DNA of 32,000 bases from Coleofasciculus sp. FACHB-T130 (GTDB lineage: Bacteria; Cyanobacteriota; Cyanobacteriia; Cyanobacteriales; FACHB-T130): NCBI RefSeq assembly GCF_014695375.1, contig NZ_JACJOG010000004.1, positions 1 through 32,000 on the forward strand, given 5' to 3'. Shown here piece after piece: positions 16,766-27,023 of this stretch. Each line of letters begins with the position of its first letter. Within the stretch, counting starts at the first letter, position 1. The notes under the pieces are model-generated. The model was not told the DNA's origin. It saw only the letters and a list, made by a program, of their open reading frames with translations, and did no database searches. The translations under genes were made by a program, and so were the position numbers.

Positions 16766-18046
16766 TCAAGAATCAGCAGTAACCTTTTGTTTCTTTTTCC
16801 TCCCTTCTCTCTTGATATTGTGTTCGTACCAATTCATCAAAGGAGTAGCACTAATCCCATGCAAAAATACAGAAATCACGATGACGATGTAAGTAATCCA
16901 GGCAATTTGTTCGCCCAAAGTATCTTTTAAACCTTCGCCAAAAGCATAGGAAAGATAATATAAAGAACCAACGCCACGAATACCAAACCAGCCAAACAAA
17001 AAGCGGGTTTCAGAGGGGTAGCGACGACCGAGAAAGCTAATCCAAACTCCCAGAGGTCGAATCAAAAAAATCAACAAGACTGCTACCAAGAGACCCTGAC
17101 CACCAAACTGGCGAATCGGCTCATACCGCAATAGCGTTCCTAAGATCAAAATTGTTGCAACTTCCAGTAATTTCTCAACTTGTTCGGTGAATTCAAATTG
17201 CGAAATTTTCTTTTCGGGATCGTGGTAACTCCGCTGAACGACGACTCCAGCCACAAAAACTGCCAAAAAGCCGTAGCCATTAACAATTTCTGTCAAAGCA
17301 TAGGTAATTAAAATCGTACTGAGAGCAACAAAATCCTCCATCAACTCATCGACCTGGCGGAAACGTTGCAGTTGCTGGTCAACCAAAACAACCATTTTTG
17401 CCGCGATAATTCCCATGACAATGCCAGCTGCGATCGCCCAAAGTAAATCAACCGCTACCCATTGTTTAAACCAGTTGTCCCAGTTGCTATCTTTTAAGGA
17501 GTGAATCCCGAAATAAACAAACGGAAAAGCGAGCGCATCGTTTAAACCCCCTTCCGAAGTTAAACCAAAGCGCAGCTCATCTTTATCTTTTAGATCTCCC
17601 ATCTGAACTTCTGAAGCCAAGACTGGATCGGTTGGCGCGAGAATTGCACCGAGTAAAATCGCTGGTCCCCAATCCATTTTTAAAAACCAATGACCAACCG
17701 CAGCGATCGCAAAAATTGAAATCGGCATCAGAAATCCAATCAACCGCACTGTTGTGTTCCACGACCTTAATCTGAGTGGGCGATTCATCTTTAGACCGCA
17801 GTTAAAGACGGAGACAATCACCACAAATTCCGTTAGTCGTTCCAGAAATTCGGCGTCTGGTCGTATCTGAATTAACTTAAGCCCGTATTGCCCTAATCCG
17901 ATACCCACGAGCAGGTAAATGATGGCATAGGAGAGGGGTAATCGTTTAATCCAGCCCGATCCCAAAGTAACCATCAGCAGGAGTAGACCAATCACCAACA
18001 GGTCAAGAATATAGATAGATACAGGAGGGAATAGGACTTGGAGCAT
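16766..18046 (-). CDS. Cation:proton antiporter (CPA1, NhaP-type Na+/H+ exchanger)
   Basis: 426 aa with about 11-12 hydrophobic helices. It carries the conserved GAILAPTDPVLA motif typical of NhaP/NHE exchangers. Confidence 0.85.
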   Translation of the reverse strand: MLQVLFPPVSIYILDLLVIGLLLLMVTLGSGWIKRLPLSYAIIYLLVGIGLGQYGLKLIQIRPDAEFLERLTEFVVIVSVFNCGLKMNRPLRLRSWNTTVRLIGFLMPISIFAIAAVGHWFLKMDWGPAILLGAILAPTDPVLASEVQMGDLKDKDELRFGLTSEGGLNDALAFPFVYFGIHSLKDSNWDNWFKQWVAVDLLWAIAAGIVMGIIAAKMVVLVDQQLQRFRQVDELMEDFVALSTILITYALTEIVNGYGFLAVFVAGVVVQRSYHDPEKKISQFEFTEQVEKLLEVATILILGTLLRYEPIRQFGGQGLLVAVLLIFLIRPLGVWISFLGRRYPSETRFLFGWFGIRGVGSLYYLSYAFGEGLKDTLGEQIAWITYIVIVISVFLHGISATPLMNWYEHNIKREGRKKKQKVTADS

Positions 18047-18222
18047 ACATTTAGCGATCGCATAGTTGAAAACAGTACCCTCTGAACTCTACTGACTTGC
18101 CGAAGACCCCAAATCATCACCGGGCTAGATTTTAGACAAAATGCGATCGATCCACTTTTACGACTGAAGGCTGAGGATCGCACTCCTGAAAAGCCTCTAA
18201 ACCCTGACGCCAAATTATCTTG

Positions 18223-18252
18223 TAGTGGAAGGTTTTCTAGTGGAAGGTTTTC
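18223..18252. repeat. Perfect 15-nt tandem duplication (tagtggaaggttttc x2)
   Basis: Read directly in the divergent intergenic region between the antiporter and P450 genes. Confidence 0.9.
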
Positions 18253-18336
18253 GCTCCAGATTACAGCGATCGCATCGCTGCCTCTGCTAGCTTAGTTTTG
18301 CGATCGATAAAAGGAAAAAATAAAAGGAAAAACGCT

Positions 18337-19719
18337 ATGACACTGCCTGATGGGCCGCAGACGCCGCAATTCCTGCAACTACTCCAATGGATTTCCCAGC
18401 CCGTGCAGTACCTAGAAACGTCTGTTAAAGCTTATGGTGACTGCTTCACAGCCCGCTGGGGTGGCTTTCCCCCGTATGTACTCATTAGCAATCCGCAAGG
18501 AATTCAGGAGCTGTTAACGGCAGATCCCAGACAATTTAACAGCGGTAGTGGGAATAAGATTTTACAACCTTTGCTGGGCGACCAATCTCTGATATTACTA
18601 GATGGCGATCGCCACCAGCGCCAGCGACAGCTATTGACTCCCCCCTTTCACGGGGAACGAATGCGAGCTTACGGCAAGTTGATTTGTGACATTACCGAGG
18701 AAGTCATGAATCGGCTAACGATTGGCAAACCCTTCCTAATTCGTGCCACCGCGCAAGAGATTTCTCTGGAAACCATCTTAGGCGCTGTCTTTGGCATCAA
18801 TGAGGGTCAGCGTTTCCAGGAACTCAAGGGACTCCTTACTTCGATGCTGGATGCTGTGAGTTCTCCCCTCTCATCCGCCGTCCTCTTTTTTCCATCACTC
18901 CAACGAGATTTGGGTTCTTGGAGTCCTTGGGGAAAATTTCTTCGCCAACGGCAGCAAGTTGACCGACTCATTTACGATGAGATTCAGCAACGCCGGGAGC
19001 AATTCGATCCAGATCGCACAGATATTCTCACGCTGCTGATGTCTGCGCGGGATACTGATGGGCAACCAATGACGGATGAAGAATTGCGCGATGAGTTAAT
19101 GACCCTCCTGTTGGCGGGTCACGAAACCACGGCTTCAGCGATCGCTTGGGCATTGTATTGGATACACCGTCAACCAGAGGTACATGACAAGCTTCTCCAG
19201 GAACTGAATAGTGTTGGGGATGTTTCAGATGTCAGCGCCATTTCTAAACTTCCCTACCTCAACGCTGTTTGCTCGGAGACACTGCGAATTTATCCAGTGG
19301 CGATATTTACTTTTGGTCGAATTACGCGATCGCCAGTGCAACTGATGGGCTATCAATTTGATGCCGGTACACCGCTTGCTGCCTGTATTTATCTGGTTCA
19401 TCACCGTGAGGATATTTACCCCCAAGCAAATTCTTTCAAGCCTGAGCGCTTTTTGGAACGGCAATTTTCTCCCTATGAATATTTGCCCTTTGGTGGCAGC
19501 AATCGTCGTTGTATCGGGATGGCATTTGCCTTGTTTGAAATGAAGCTGGTACTGGCGAAGATGCTTTCGCGTTATCAACTAGCTCTCACCGATCAACGTC
19601 CGGTTAAACCTGTCCGTCGTGGCGTTACCTTAGCACCCCCGGCAACGATGCAGATGCTTATCACCAGTCAGCGTCCCCAGAATACTCAAATACATCAGCC
19701 CCTTTCTACGTCTGCATAA
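18337..19719 (+). CDS. Cytochrome P450 (possibly CYP110-like)
   Basis: The I-helix is LLAGHETT and the ExxR motif is SETLRIYP. The heme-binding loop is FGGSNRRCIGMAFA. I prefer the ATG at 18337 (MTLPDGPQ), since the ORF-track start at 18298 is a TTG. Confidence 0.9.
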   Translation: MTLPDGPQTPQFLQLLQWISQPVQYLETSVKAYGDCFTARWGGFPPYVLISNPQGIQELLTADPRQFNSGSGNKILQPLLGDQSLILLDGDRHQRQRQLLTPPFHGERMRAYGKLICDITEEVMNRLTIGKPFLIRATAQEISLETILGAVFGINEGQRFQELKGLLTSMLDAVSSPLSSAVLFFPSLQRDLGSWSPWGKFLRQRQQVDRLIYDEIQQRREQFDPDRTDILTLLMSARDTDGQPMTDEELRDELMTLLLAGHETTASAIAWALYWIHRQPEVHDKLLQELNSVGDVSDVSAISKLPYLNAVCSETLRIYPVAIFTFGRITRSPVQLMGYQFDAGTPLAACIYLVHHREDIYPQANSFKPERFLERQFSPYEYLPFGGSNRRCIGMAFALFEMKLVLAKMLSRYQLALTDQRPVKPVRRGVTLAPPATMQMLITSQRPQNTQIHQPLSTSA

Positions 19720-20053
19720 ATAACTGTTCGCTCAATTGTCATTCAGTTTGAGCTTTAGCCAGTCCAATCAGGATTTACAAGAAACGCTTGGAAAACTAAC
19801 AGGTACGGCTGAAGATATGCAAAAGACTCTATACACTGCAAAAATGGCTTGTGAAAATCCCTAGTAAATTTGCACAGTTCTAACTCTTATTGATTCCTTC
19901 TGTCTTCAGTCCTATCTTCTAATGAAAAGGTCATGGGCTTAAAATATGCAAGTCTTGGTACCAAATCTTCTTTCCCATGTCCTCTTGCAATTCACAGCAG
20001 CGGCGGGAAAACCCCGCCTCTACAGGATTCAGCAATTTTTAAAGTCAGGACAT

Positions 20054-20091
20054 CCAGAGGCGATCGCTACCAAGATAGCGATCGCCTCTGG
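20054..20091. repeat. Perfect 16-bp-stem palindrome carrying two HIP1 sites
   Basis: ccagaggcgatcgcta-ccaaga-tagcgatcgcctctgg followed by ttt. It lies in an otherwise gene-poor, AT-rich spacer. Confidence 0.85.
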
Positions 20092-20260
20092 TTTAAGATT
20101 GAGAAAAACAACGATTTTGTAAATATGGTGAAGTAAATGCTCAATTTCTATGTATTTTTAGCTAAAGGCTGGTTAAAATCTGGAACTTTTAAGTGTTTTC
20201 TTCATTCTCAGATTTGTTGAAGCATAGTATCTTTAGTTAAGAACTAATCAGGGCAAAATA

Positions 20261-20623
20261 ATGATAATACTTAACATTATTCTAATTTGTGCAGGTTTAG
20301 GGATTAGTAGTTGGTTACTTTTAAGTTATGGAAATGAGTTAGTTAAAGCGATAAATGTCTTGTTTTCAGGATTAGAATCTATATTTATGGTGATTATCGT
20401 TATTGTTTTTAAAACTGTAAAATCCCTAATAATTGGAGGAATTATTGCTCTAGTCTGTGCTGGAATATTTAAAATAGCGGGTGCCCAGATAAGCCTTTTA
20501 AAAGCCGCTGCGATTGCAGTAGGAATTATATCTTTCGCTTTTCTCATGCTTAAAACCTTCGTAGAAGAGTGGAGTAACTTTTACTGGAGTATCCGCAATG
20601 TGATTCGCAACAAATATCGCTAA
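20261..20623 (+). CDS. Hypothetical membrane protein (120 aa)
   Basis: ORF with 3-4 hydrophobic helices. It is AT-rich and has no recognisable motif. Confidence 0.4.
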   Translation: MIILNIILICAGLGISSWLLLSYGNELVKAINVLFSGLESIFMVIIVIVFKTVKSLIIGGIIALVCAGIFKIAGAQISLLKAAAIAVGIISFAFLMLKTFVEEWSNFYWSIRNVIRNKYR

Positions 20624-20698
20624 CGGTGAAAACATCTAGTTTCTAAACAGAGCAAACTAAGCTAAGATTTTGAAGATTGTCATCTTCCAGTTTTTCTT

Positions 20699-21748
20699 AT
20701 GAGAATTGCCCAAATTGCACCGCTGTGGGAACGAGTGCCACCTTTTCGCTACGGCGGGATTGAACTCATTGTCAGTTTACTAACTGATGAATTAGTTCGG
20801 CGCGGTCATCAGGTAACATTATTCGCCTCTGGAGACTCGATTACAAAAGCTCAGATGAAGTCAGTGCATAACCAGGCGCTGCGCTTAGATTCAAAGATTA
20901 AAGAGCCTGGAGTTTATGAGCTAATGATGCTCTCTCAGGTCTATCAACAGGCGCATCACTTTGATATTATTCACTCCCACGTCGGCTATGCAGCTCTGCC
21001 CTATACGCCTTTTGTGAAGACGCCGACCGTACACACCACACACGGCATTTTCACGCCAGATAATGAGAAAATATTCCGGCAATTTGCATGGGAGCCTTAT
21101 ATCAGTATCAGTGAAGCTCAGAGAGAACCCCGACTCGGTTTAAATTACATCCATACGGTCTACAACGGCATCGACCCAGCAGTATATCCCTTTCAGGAAA
21201 AACCAATTGAACCGCCCTATCTAGCCTTTGTGGGGCGTATTTCCCCAGAAAAAGGTCCGGAAGGAGCAATAAAAGTTGCTCGTGCCAGCGGCTATCCTTT
21301 AAAAATGGCAGGTAAGGTTGACCCAGTAGACAAAGTTTATTTTCATGAACAGATAAAACCGCTGATTGATGGCGAACAAATCCAATATCTCGGTGAAGTT
21401 TCTCACGAAGAAAAGGCGCAGTTACTAGGAGGTGCCACCGTGACGCTATTCCCGATTACCTGGCGGGAACCATTTGGCTTGGTAATGATTGAATCGATGG
21501 CAACGGGGACGCCGGTGATTGGAATGGCGATGGGTTCGGTGCCAGAAGTCATCGCGCATAGCAAGAGTGGATTTGTTTGTCACTCTCTGCAAGAAATGAT
21601 TGACGCAATTCCACAAGCGATGACCTTAAACCGCCAGACGTGCCGAGACTACGTTTTGAATCGCTTTAGCGTCAAGACGATGGTGGATGAGTATGAACGA
21701 GCTTATCAAATGACGCTAATGGGGAATCCGGAAGGAGTAAAACACTAG
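20699..21748 (+). CDS. Glycosyltransferase family 4 (GT-B fold)
   Basis: The N-terminus MRIAQIAPLWERVPPFRYGGIELIV is GT4-like. The C-terminal sequence GRISPEKG and the E(x)7E region EPFGLVMIESMATGTPVIG are present. Confidence 0.85.
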   Translation: MRIAQIAPLWERVPPFRYGGIELIVSLLTDELVRRGHQVTLFASGDSITKAQMKSVHNQALRLDSKIKEPGVYELMMLSQVYQQAHHFDIIHSHVGYAALPYTPFVKTPTVHTTHGIFTPDNEKIFRQFAWEPYISISEAQREPRLGLNYIHTVYNGIDPAVYPFQEKPIEPPYLAFVGRISPEKGPEGAIKVARASGYPLKMAGKVDPVDKVYFHEQIKPLIDGEQIQYLGEVSHEEKAQLLGGATVTLFPITWREPFGLVMIESMATGTPVIGMAMGSVPEVIAHSKSGFVCHSLQEMIDAIPQAMTLNRQTCRDYVLNRFSVKTMVDEYERAYQMTLMGNPEGVKH

Positions 21749-21755
21749 CAAATTA

Positions 21756-23255
21756 CTAATTTTTGGCATAAGTTTTTTCCTTGAATTTGATTAATTCTAA
21801 GGGATCTAAACCAGAGGGCGTCATCAATTCTTTTGCTAATAAATACCCGGCACAAGTCCAGGTTTGATGCCTTCTGGCTTCTCGACCAATTAAGTGACCG
21901 CTTTTCCCGTCATAATATTCAGGCCAATCTTCTTTTTGCAAACGTTTTCCAGCTTTTTCAATTGCTGCTTTTGCAAACTGCATATATTCTTCTTCTTTTG
22001 CATCTTGACCCAATTTTCGAGCGGCCGCTGCCCACATCCACATCAAAACAGGCCAACTTCCCCCATTGTGATACGACCAAGGGCTATTTTTAGGATCGCA
22101 ACCCGTCAAAATTCTCCAATCTTCGTCTTCTATGGCTGGATAACAGATTTTAAACGGCATTTGTCCAAGTAGCTCTTTATCTCGTTTTTCGATGAGATTC
22201 ATGATTTTTTCGGACTGATCGTTGGTAACTAAGGAACAAACGATTGCCATCAAGTTACCAACCGAAAAGAATCGAAAATCCATCTGCGATGGGCCAATAT
22301 TTCCAACTAAATAACCCCCGTCTTCTGGCAGCCATTCGTCTAAATTAGCATAAGGAATAGATGCGGCATAGATATTGTATTTGTTGATAGCGGTTGCCCC
22401 ATATTCCTCAACATTGTACTGATAGGTTTGATTTAAACGATCCATATCCATCCAATACTCAGTCCGAATATGGTTAGCCAGAGAACCCAATCGTTTCTCT
22501 ATCGCTGAGAGAATATCTTTATTGTTGTGATTTTTGCGGTCGAGTAGCTCATCAGCAGCACGCAAGGCAGCGTAGAATAGGACTTGGATTTCTAGTGGGT
22601 ATCCATAGATGCCCATTCGACGGTCAATCATAAAAGCTCCATCGGGAACTAAGAGAGTAGGTTCTCGATCGAAGCGATCGCTAAAACAAAGTTCCAGAAT
22701 TAATCTGATTCCTTCTTGGAAGTCGGCTTGATGGACTAAAGAGGTGTCGCCCGTCGCTTTCCAATAAGCCCGCAACAGGATAATCCACCAGAGGCTAGAA
22801 TCAACTGGCGTGACTCTAGCGATCGCGTGCTGACCAAAATCGGGGTCTAAGTGTTCTTTGCCCTTCTTATTCTTAATAATTTTGAAGCTAGCTGGCATTA
22901 AAACTCGACCCGTATTCAAAAAAGTTTCGGATCTTTCTTGCTGGTGTAGTTCTAACGTTACTTCTAGAAAATTTTTGACAATTTCCTTGCCGTTGACTGT
23001 CACCTCTTTTTTGTTATCAAGTTGAACGGAAAATTCACCTTTAACTAAAAATAAAAGTGCTACTGGAACAAAATCACGAATAAAAACTTGGTCATAATTC
23101 AGCGTATCTCTACTAACTTTTTTGGGGATATTTATTTCATTTTTATCTTTTTTATAAGTATGAGCGGCTGGAGTTCCAACCAGCCGTCCTTTATAAGAGA
23201 TAAGCGAATCCACCAGTATTTGTAATGCTTCTATTTCCAGTGCCTCTACTCCCAT
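21756..23255 (-). CDS. Alkaline/neutral invertase (GH100)
   Basis: VFIRDFVPVALLFL, EPTLLVPDGAFMIDRRMGIYGYPLEIQ and NSPWSYHNGGSWPVLMW match GH100 A/N-invertase signatures known from plants and Anabaena InvA/InvB. Confidence 0.85.
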   Translation of the reverse strand: MGVEALEIEALQILVDSLISYKGRLVGTPAAHTYKKDKNEINIPKKVSRDTLNYDQVFIRDFVPVALLFLVKGEFSVQLDNKKEVTVNGKEIVKNFLEVTLELHQQERSETFLNTGRVLMPASFKIIKNKKGKEHLDPDFGQHAIARVTPVDSSLWWIILLRAYWKATGDTSLVHQADFQEGIRLILELCFSDRFDREPTLLVPDGAFMIDRRMGIYGYPLEIQVLFYAALRAADELLDRKNHNNKDILSAIEKRLGSLANHIRTEYWMDMDRLNQTYQYNVEEYGATAINKYNIYAASIPYANLDEWLPEDGGYLVGNIGPSQMDFRFFSVGNLMAIVCSLVTNDQSEKIMNLIEKRDKELLGQMPFKICYPAIEDEDWRILTGCDPKNSPWSYHNGGSWPVLMWMWAAAARKLGQDAKEEEYMQFAKAAIEKAGKRLQKEDWPEYYDGKSGHLIGREARRHQTWTCAGYLLAKELMTPSGLDPLELIKFKEKTYAKN

Positions 23256-23683
23256 CAGATACGAACCTCCTTAATTTCTAGAGCAATCTATTATACGAGA
23301 TGCTGCTTCATCACAGACACTTTTAAGCCAGAGAATTGTGCAACATAATCCCTTAAATAGAGCGTACTATAGAATGCAGGGTGTGGTGTATTGTTGAATT
23401 TCCATTTAACGCCGTCATCCCCGCAAAGGGCATGATTGACCAGGTTGAGCGAAGAAAAAATCCGTCCGCAGTAAGAGAGTTGGAAAAAAATTGGAAATTT
23501 TGTTCTCTCCGAACGATAGAGCGGATCGTTGATTAGATTTGTAGAAGTATAAAAAGGGCACATTTGTCGAAACCTCGATCCTCTACTGAATATCAGTAGC
23601 GATGGGTAAGGTTTTAAATTAGATCGTGTGACCCTGATTAAAGCCTCACAAAGACCCTGTATTCTTGAGCAGAAACCTGATTC

Positions 23684-25981
23684 ATGGCACCGGATATTCT
23701 TGAACTGGACGGAAAAACCTTTGTTCCCGCACAAGAGCTGCCCATTCCAGAGTGGCCTTGCGTTCTTGGCGATCGCCCCCAACCGACTCTTACTATTAAA
23801 GACAATGACCTGTTTTTAGTCACCGATACCCTGGGCAACATTGCCGGGTGTTTAGGCGATGACATGAATGCCAGCATGGGGCTTTTCTGCGCCGATACGC
23901 GGTTCCTTAGTCGCCTGGAACTGCAAATTAACGGACGCTCCCCCGTCTTGCTCAGTAGCACAGCTGACAAAGGATTTGCCCTTTCAGTTCTGTGTACCAA
24001 TCCCAGCATGGACGGAGGAGAGCGATTAGAGGGAGGGGATAAATTAGAGCCAAATGAGCAAATTGACGGCGGGGCAATTTTTGACTTTGCACCTCTTCGA
24101 GCCGACACCATCGGAATTAACCGAGAAATTGTCCTAAATGGAGCGCTGTTTGAAGAATTAACTGTTTCCAACTACAGCACCAGTTCCATTCGCTTTCAAC
24201 TGAGTCTCAGCTTTGATGCGGATTTTGTGGACTTATTTGTAGTCCGGGGGTACGGTCGAAAAAACAAGGGGCAGCTGTTACGAGCCGTGCCTAAAAGTCA
24301 AGCCGCAGAACCCGAAAAGCAAGAAATGACGCTCGCTTATCAAGGGTTGGATGGCTCTGTAATGGAATCGCACATCGAGTTTGTTCATCGCCAGCCAGAC
24401 ACTCTCAGTGGTTATACGGCAGTTTGGCAGCTGGAGATGGAGCCTCACGAAACCCAAAAACTGGGCTATCGGCTGCAAATGCGTACCAATAACCGTCCCA
24501 CTTCTAGGGTATCTGCCCCAGTCACGCTGGTACAGGCTAGAGCCGCAGAGTTATCGGAGCAGCAAGAGTGGCGTCAACACGTAACCGGGATTCGCTCAGA
24601 CAAAAACACGTTTAATCGAGCGATCGAGCGAGCCGAGCAGGATACTTATTTACTACGCCAGTCTTTCGGCAAAGGGAAGGTACTCTCGGCTGGGGTGCCT
24701 TGGTTTTCGACGTTGTTTGGGCGCGACTCGATTATTGCGGCGTCGCAAACGCTGATGCTCGATCCGACAATTGCCCGCGAAACCCTAACGATCTTGGCTG
24801 AATACCAAGGGAAGACGGATAATGAGTGGCGCGATGAGCAGCCAGGGAAGATTTTGCACGAGCTGCGTTTGGGTGAAATGGCGCGTTGTGAAGAAATTCC
24901 CCATACGCCTTATTACGGCACCGTAGATGCGACCCCGCTATGGTTAATGCTGTATGCGGAACACTTTGCCTGGACAGCCGATCGGGAAACCCTAGAGCTA
25001 CTGTGGCCGAATGCCTTGGCGGCAATGGATTGGATTGACCGCAACAGCAAGGAAACGGGTTATCTCATCTACCAACGTCAATCGAAGCGGGGTTTGGCGA
25101 ATCAGGGGTGGAAAGACTCTGGCGACTGTATTGTGAATCGCAAGGGGCAGATGGCGATGGGCGCGATCGCTCTTTGTGAAGTGCAAGCTTATGTCTATGC
25201 TGCCAAAATCCGTCTGGCAGAAATTGCCCGCATGAAGAAGCGCCTTGATTTAGTCGACAGGTGGCAAGATGAGGCGAGAGATTTGAAGAATCGCTTCAAT
25301 CGGGATTTTTGGATGCCAGAGGAAGATTTCTGCGCCTTGGCTTTGGATGGCGACGGCAATCAGGTTGATAGTATTACTTCTAACCCCGGTCACTGTCTGT
25401 ATTTGGGCATCTTGACACCAGAAAAAGCTTATAGCGTGGCGGAACGGCTACGGGCACCGGATATGTTCAACGGCTGGGGAATTCGCACCCTCAGTAGTTT
25501 GTCACCGGCTTATAATCCGATGGGCTATCATGTCGGTTCTGTGTGGCCTCACGACAATGCCATGATTGCGATGGGGGTGCGATCGCTCGGTCTAATCGAT
25601 CAAGCGCTGGAACTTGCCAAAGCTTTAATTGATATGACTTTACAGCAACCTTATCAACGACCGCCAGAACTTTTCTGCGGTTACGAACGCACAGAAGATA
25701 ACACTACGGTCAAATATCCCGTCGCTTGTTCTCCTCAAGCTTGGGCAACCGGCAGTATCTTCCAGTTGCTGCAAATGATGGTAAATTTAGTCCCCGATGC
25801 TCCCAATAACTGCTTGCGGATTATCGATCCTGCTTTGCCGGAGTCGATTAATCGTCTAGCGCTACAGAACTTGAGAGTGGGGCAGACTTTGCTGGATTTG
25901 GAATTTGAGCGTTCCGGCAATACCACTGCCTGTCGGGTTGCCAAAAAACGCGGTAATTTGCGGGTTGTGATTGAAGCTTGA
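23684..25981 (+). CDS. Amylo-alpha-1,6-glucosidase / glycogen-debranching-enzyme-like protein (GDE_N_bis + GDE_C)
   Basis: 765 aa. The motifs are FGRDSIIA, ILHELRLGEM, YYGTVDATPLWL, GWKDSGD, CEVQAYVY and GYHVGSVWPHDN, typical of the (alpha/alpha)6 GDE_C family. Confidence 0.85.
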   Translation: MAPDILELDGKTFVPAQELPIPEWPCVLGDRPQPTLTIKDNDLFLVTDTLGNIAGCLGDDMNASMGLFCADTRFLSRLELQINGRSPVLLSSTADKGFALSVLCTNPSMDGGERLEGGDKLEPNEQIDGGAIFDFAPLRADTIGINREIVLNGALFEELTVSNYSTSSIRFQLSLSFDADFVDLFVVRGYGRKNKGQLLRAVPKSQAAEPEKQEMTLAYQGLDGSVMESHIEFVHRQPDTLSGYTAVWQLEMEPHETQKLGYRLQMRTNNRPTSRVSAPVTLVQARAAELSEQQEWRQHVTGIRSDKNTFNRAIERAEQDTYLLRQSFGKGKVLSAGVPWFSTLFGRDSIIAASQTLMLDPTIARETLTILAEYQGKTDNEWRDEQPGKILHELRLGEMARCEEIPHTPYYGTVDATPLWLMLYAEHFAWTADRETLELLWPNALAAMDWIDRNSKETGYLIYQRQSKRGLANQGWKDSGDCIVNRKGQMAMGAIALCEVQAYVYAAKIRLAEIARMKKRLDLVDRWQDEARDLKNRFNRDFWMPEEDFCALALDGDGNQVDSITSNPGHCLYLGILTPEKAYSVAERLRAPDMFNGWGIRTLSSLSPAYNPMGYHVGSVWPHDNAMIAMGVRSLGLIDQALELAKALIDMTLQQPYQRPPELFCGYERTEDNTTVKYPVACSPQAWATGSIFQLLQMMVNLVPDAPNNCLRIIDPALPESINRLALQNLRVGQTLLDLEFERSGNTTACRVAKKRGNLRVVIEA

Positions 25982-26098
25982 TTTAGAAGCTGGGTGGGGA
26001 ATGCCCACCTAGCTCTATCAAGCTGATTGCCAGTCTCTAAAAAACCTTGCTAATTTTTCGGCTAAATTATCCAATTTTACTTTTGAAATAGCTCTGAT

Positions 26099-26413
26099 TC
26101 ATGCTTCCTCAGTGTCCCCATTGATACCGGGAGAAGATTTATAGAGGGCGTCCAATTGTTCGCGGGCGTCTTCTACGGTCATGGAACGCATCACGAGAAG
26201 CGGTTCATTAATCGGGTTCCCGGCATCATCTAATAGTTCCGGGTGTGGGATTGACCCATAAGGAGAGCGAGAATCTCTAAATTGGGACTGCATCCCTGGT
26301 GGGTAGCGCCGTTGAGAATCCATACTACTGATGGTTAACAAGTTGCGGAGCATATTCCCTATAGCAAGAAACGCCAGAACAGTAAAGGCAATTAAATAAA
26401 GCAGGTGTAACAT
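26099..26413 (-). CDS. Small cyanobacterial membrane protein (DUF2973-like, from memory)
   Basis: MLHLLYLIAFTVLAFLAIGNMLRNLL is an N-terminal TM helix. The ATG at 26413 is preceded by GGAGG 8 nt upstream, and the ORF-track start at 26428 is a TTG. Confidence 0.6.
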   Translation of the reverse strand: MLHLLYLIAFTVLAFLAIGNMLRNLLTISSMDSQRRYPPGMQSQFRDSRSPYGSIPHPELLDDAGNPINEPLLVMRSMTVEDAREQLDALYKSSPGINGDTEEA

Positions 26414-26532
26414 ACGATTTTCCTCCAAGCCGCACAGTCTAATGGGATGTTCGTCAATAGGGGCTTTCGCATTCGTGGCGAAACGGTAATGCTTGCCCCC
26501 GGATTTTCCGTAAAAATGTTTCGCCCTTAGAT

Positions 26533-26862
26533 TTACTTGTTCGTGGAAGTGGATTGCTCAGCGTGGAAGCGCATCGACACCTGCCAACACTCAGTAACCA
26601 ACTGGTGCCACGGCATCAGAACTGACGTTTCAATGCCAACTTGAGCATCAGTCGCTTGAAAGAGCATCTGAGCGGTGCTGACTTCCGCGTGAGCAAGCTT
26701 GACTCGATCCAGTAAGTCGGATTGCTGTTGGGCACTTAAAAAAGTAATTTCTTCAGTTTCTAAGAGAGCGCGCGATCGCGCAAACCAATACTGAAAATCT
26801 TCTAAGAGCGGTTGTAATACCGTTTTCAGCAATTCATTTTCAGGCAAGTTGGAAGCAGCCAT
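26533..26862 (-). CDS. Conserved cyanobacterial hypothetical protein (DUF2605-like, from memory)
   Basis: 109-aa ORF. LLKTVLQPLLEDFQYWFARSRALLE recalls the DUF2605 N-terminus. Confidence 0.55.
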   Translation of the reverse strand: MAASNLPENELLKTVLQPLLEDFQYWFARSRALLETEEITFLSAQQQSDLLDRVKLAHAEVSTAQMLFQATDAQVGIETSVLMPWHQLVTECWQVSMRFHAEQSTSTNK

Positions 26863-27023
26863 GAATCAAAAACCGAATACTATCTAAATTTAATCTTAAC
26901 GTAGTTTACAATTCGTAATAATATTTTTAGATTCTCTTAAACAACAACCACATCGCCAGGGAAAAACAACCTCGGTATGATAGAGGCAGTAACACCCGAT
27001 TAATTGCCCGTTTCTTCGTCCTT

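Noticed and set aside
19933-20136. 67-aa plus-strand ORF
   Set aside because: It contains the 38-nt HIP1 palindrome in its middle, sits in AT-rich spacer DNA, and has no motif or ribosome-binding site support.
23291-24171. ORFs 23291-23782(-) and 23638-24171(-)
   Set aside because: The first spans the divergent invertase/GDE promoter region and has no motifs. The second is antisense to the well-supported GDE-like gene.
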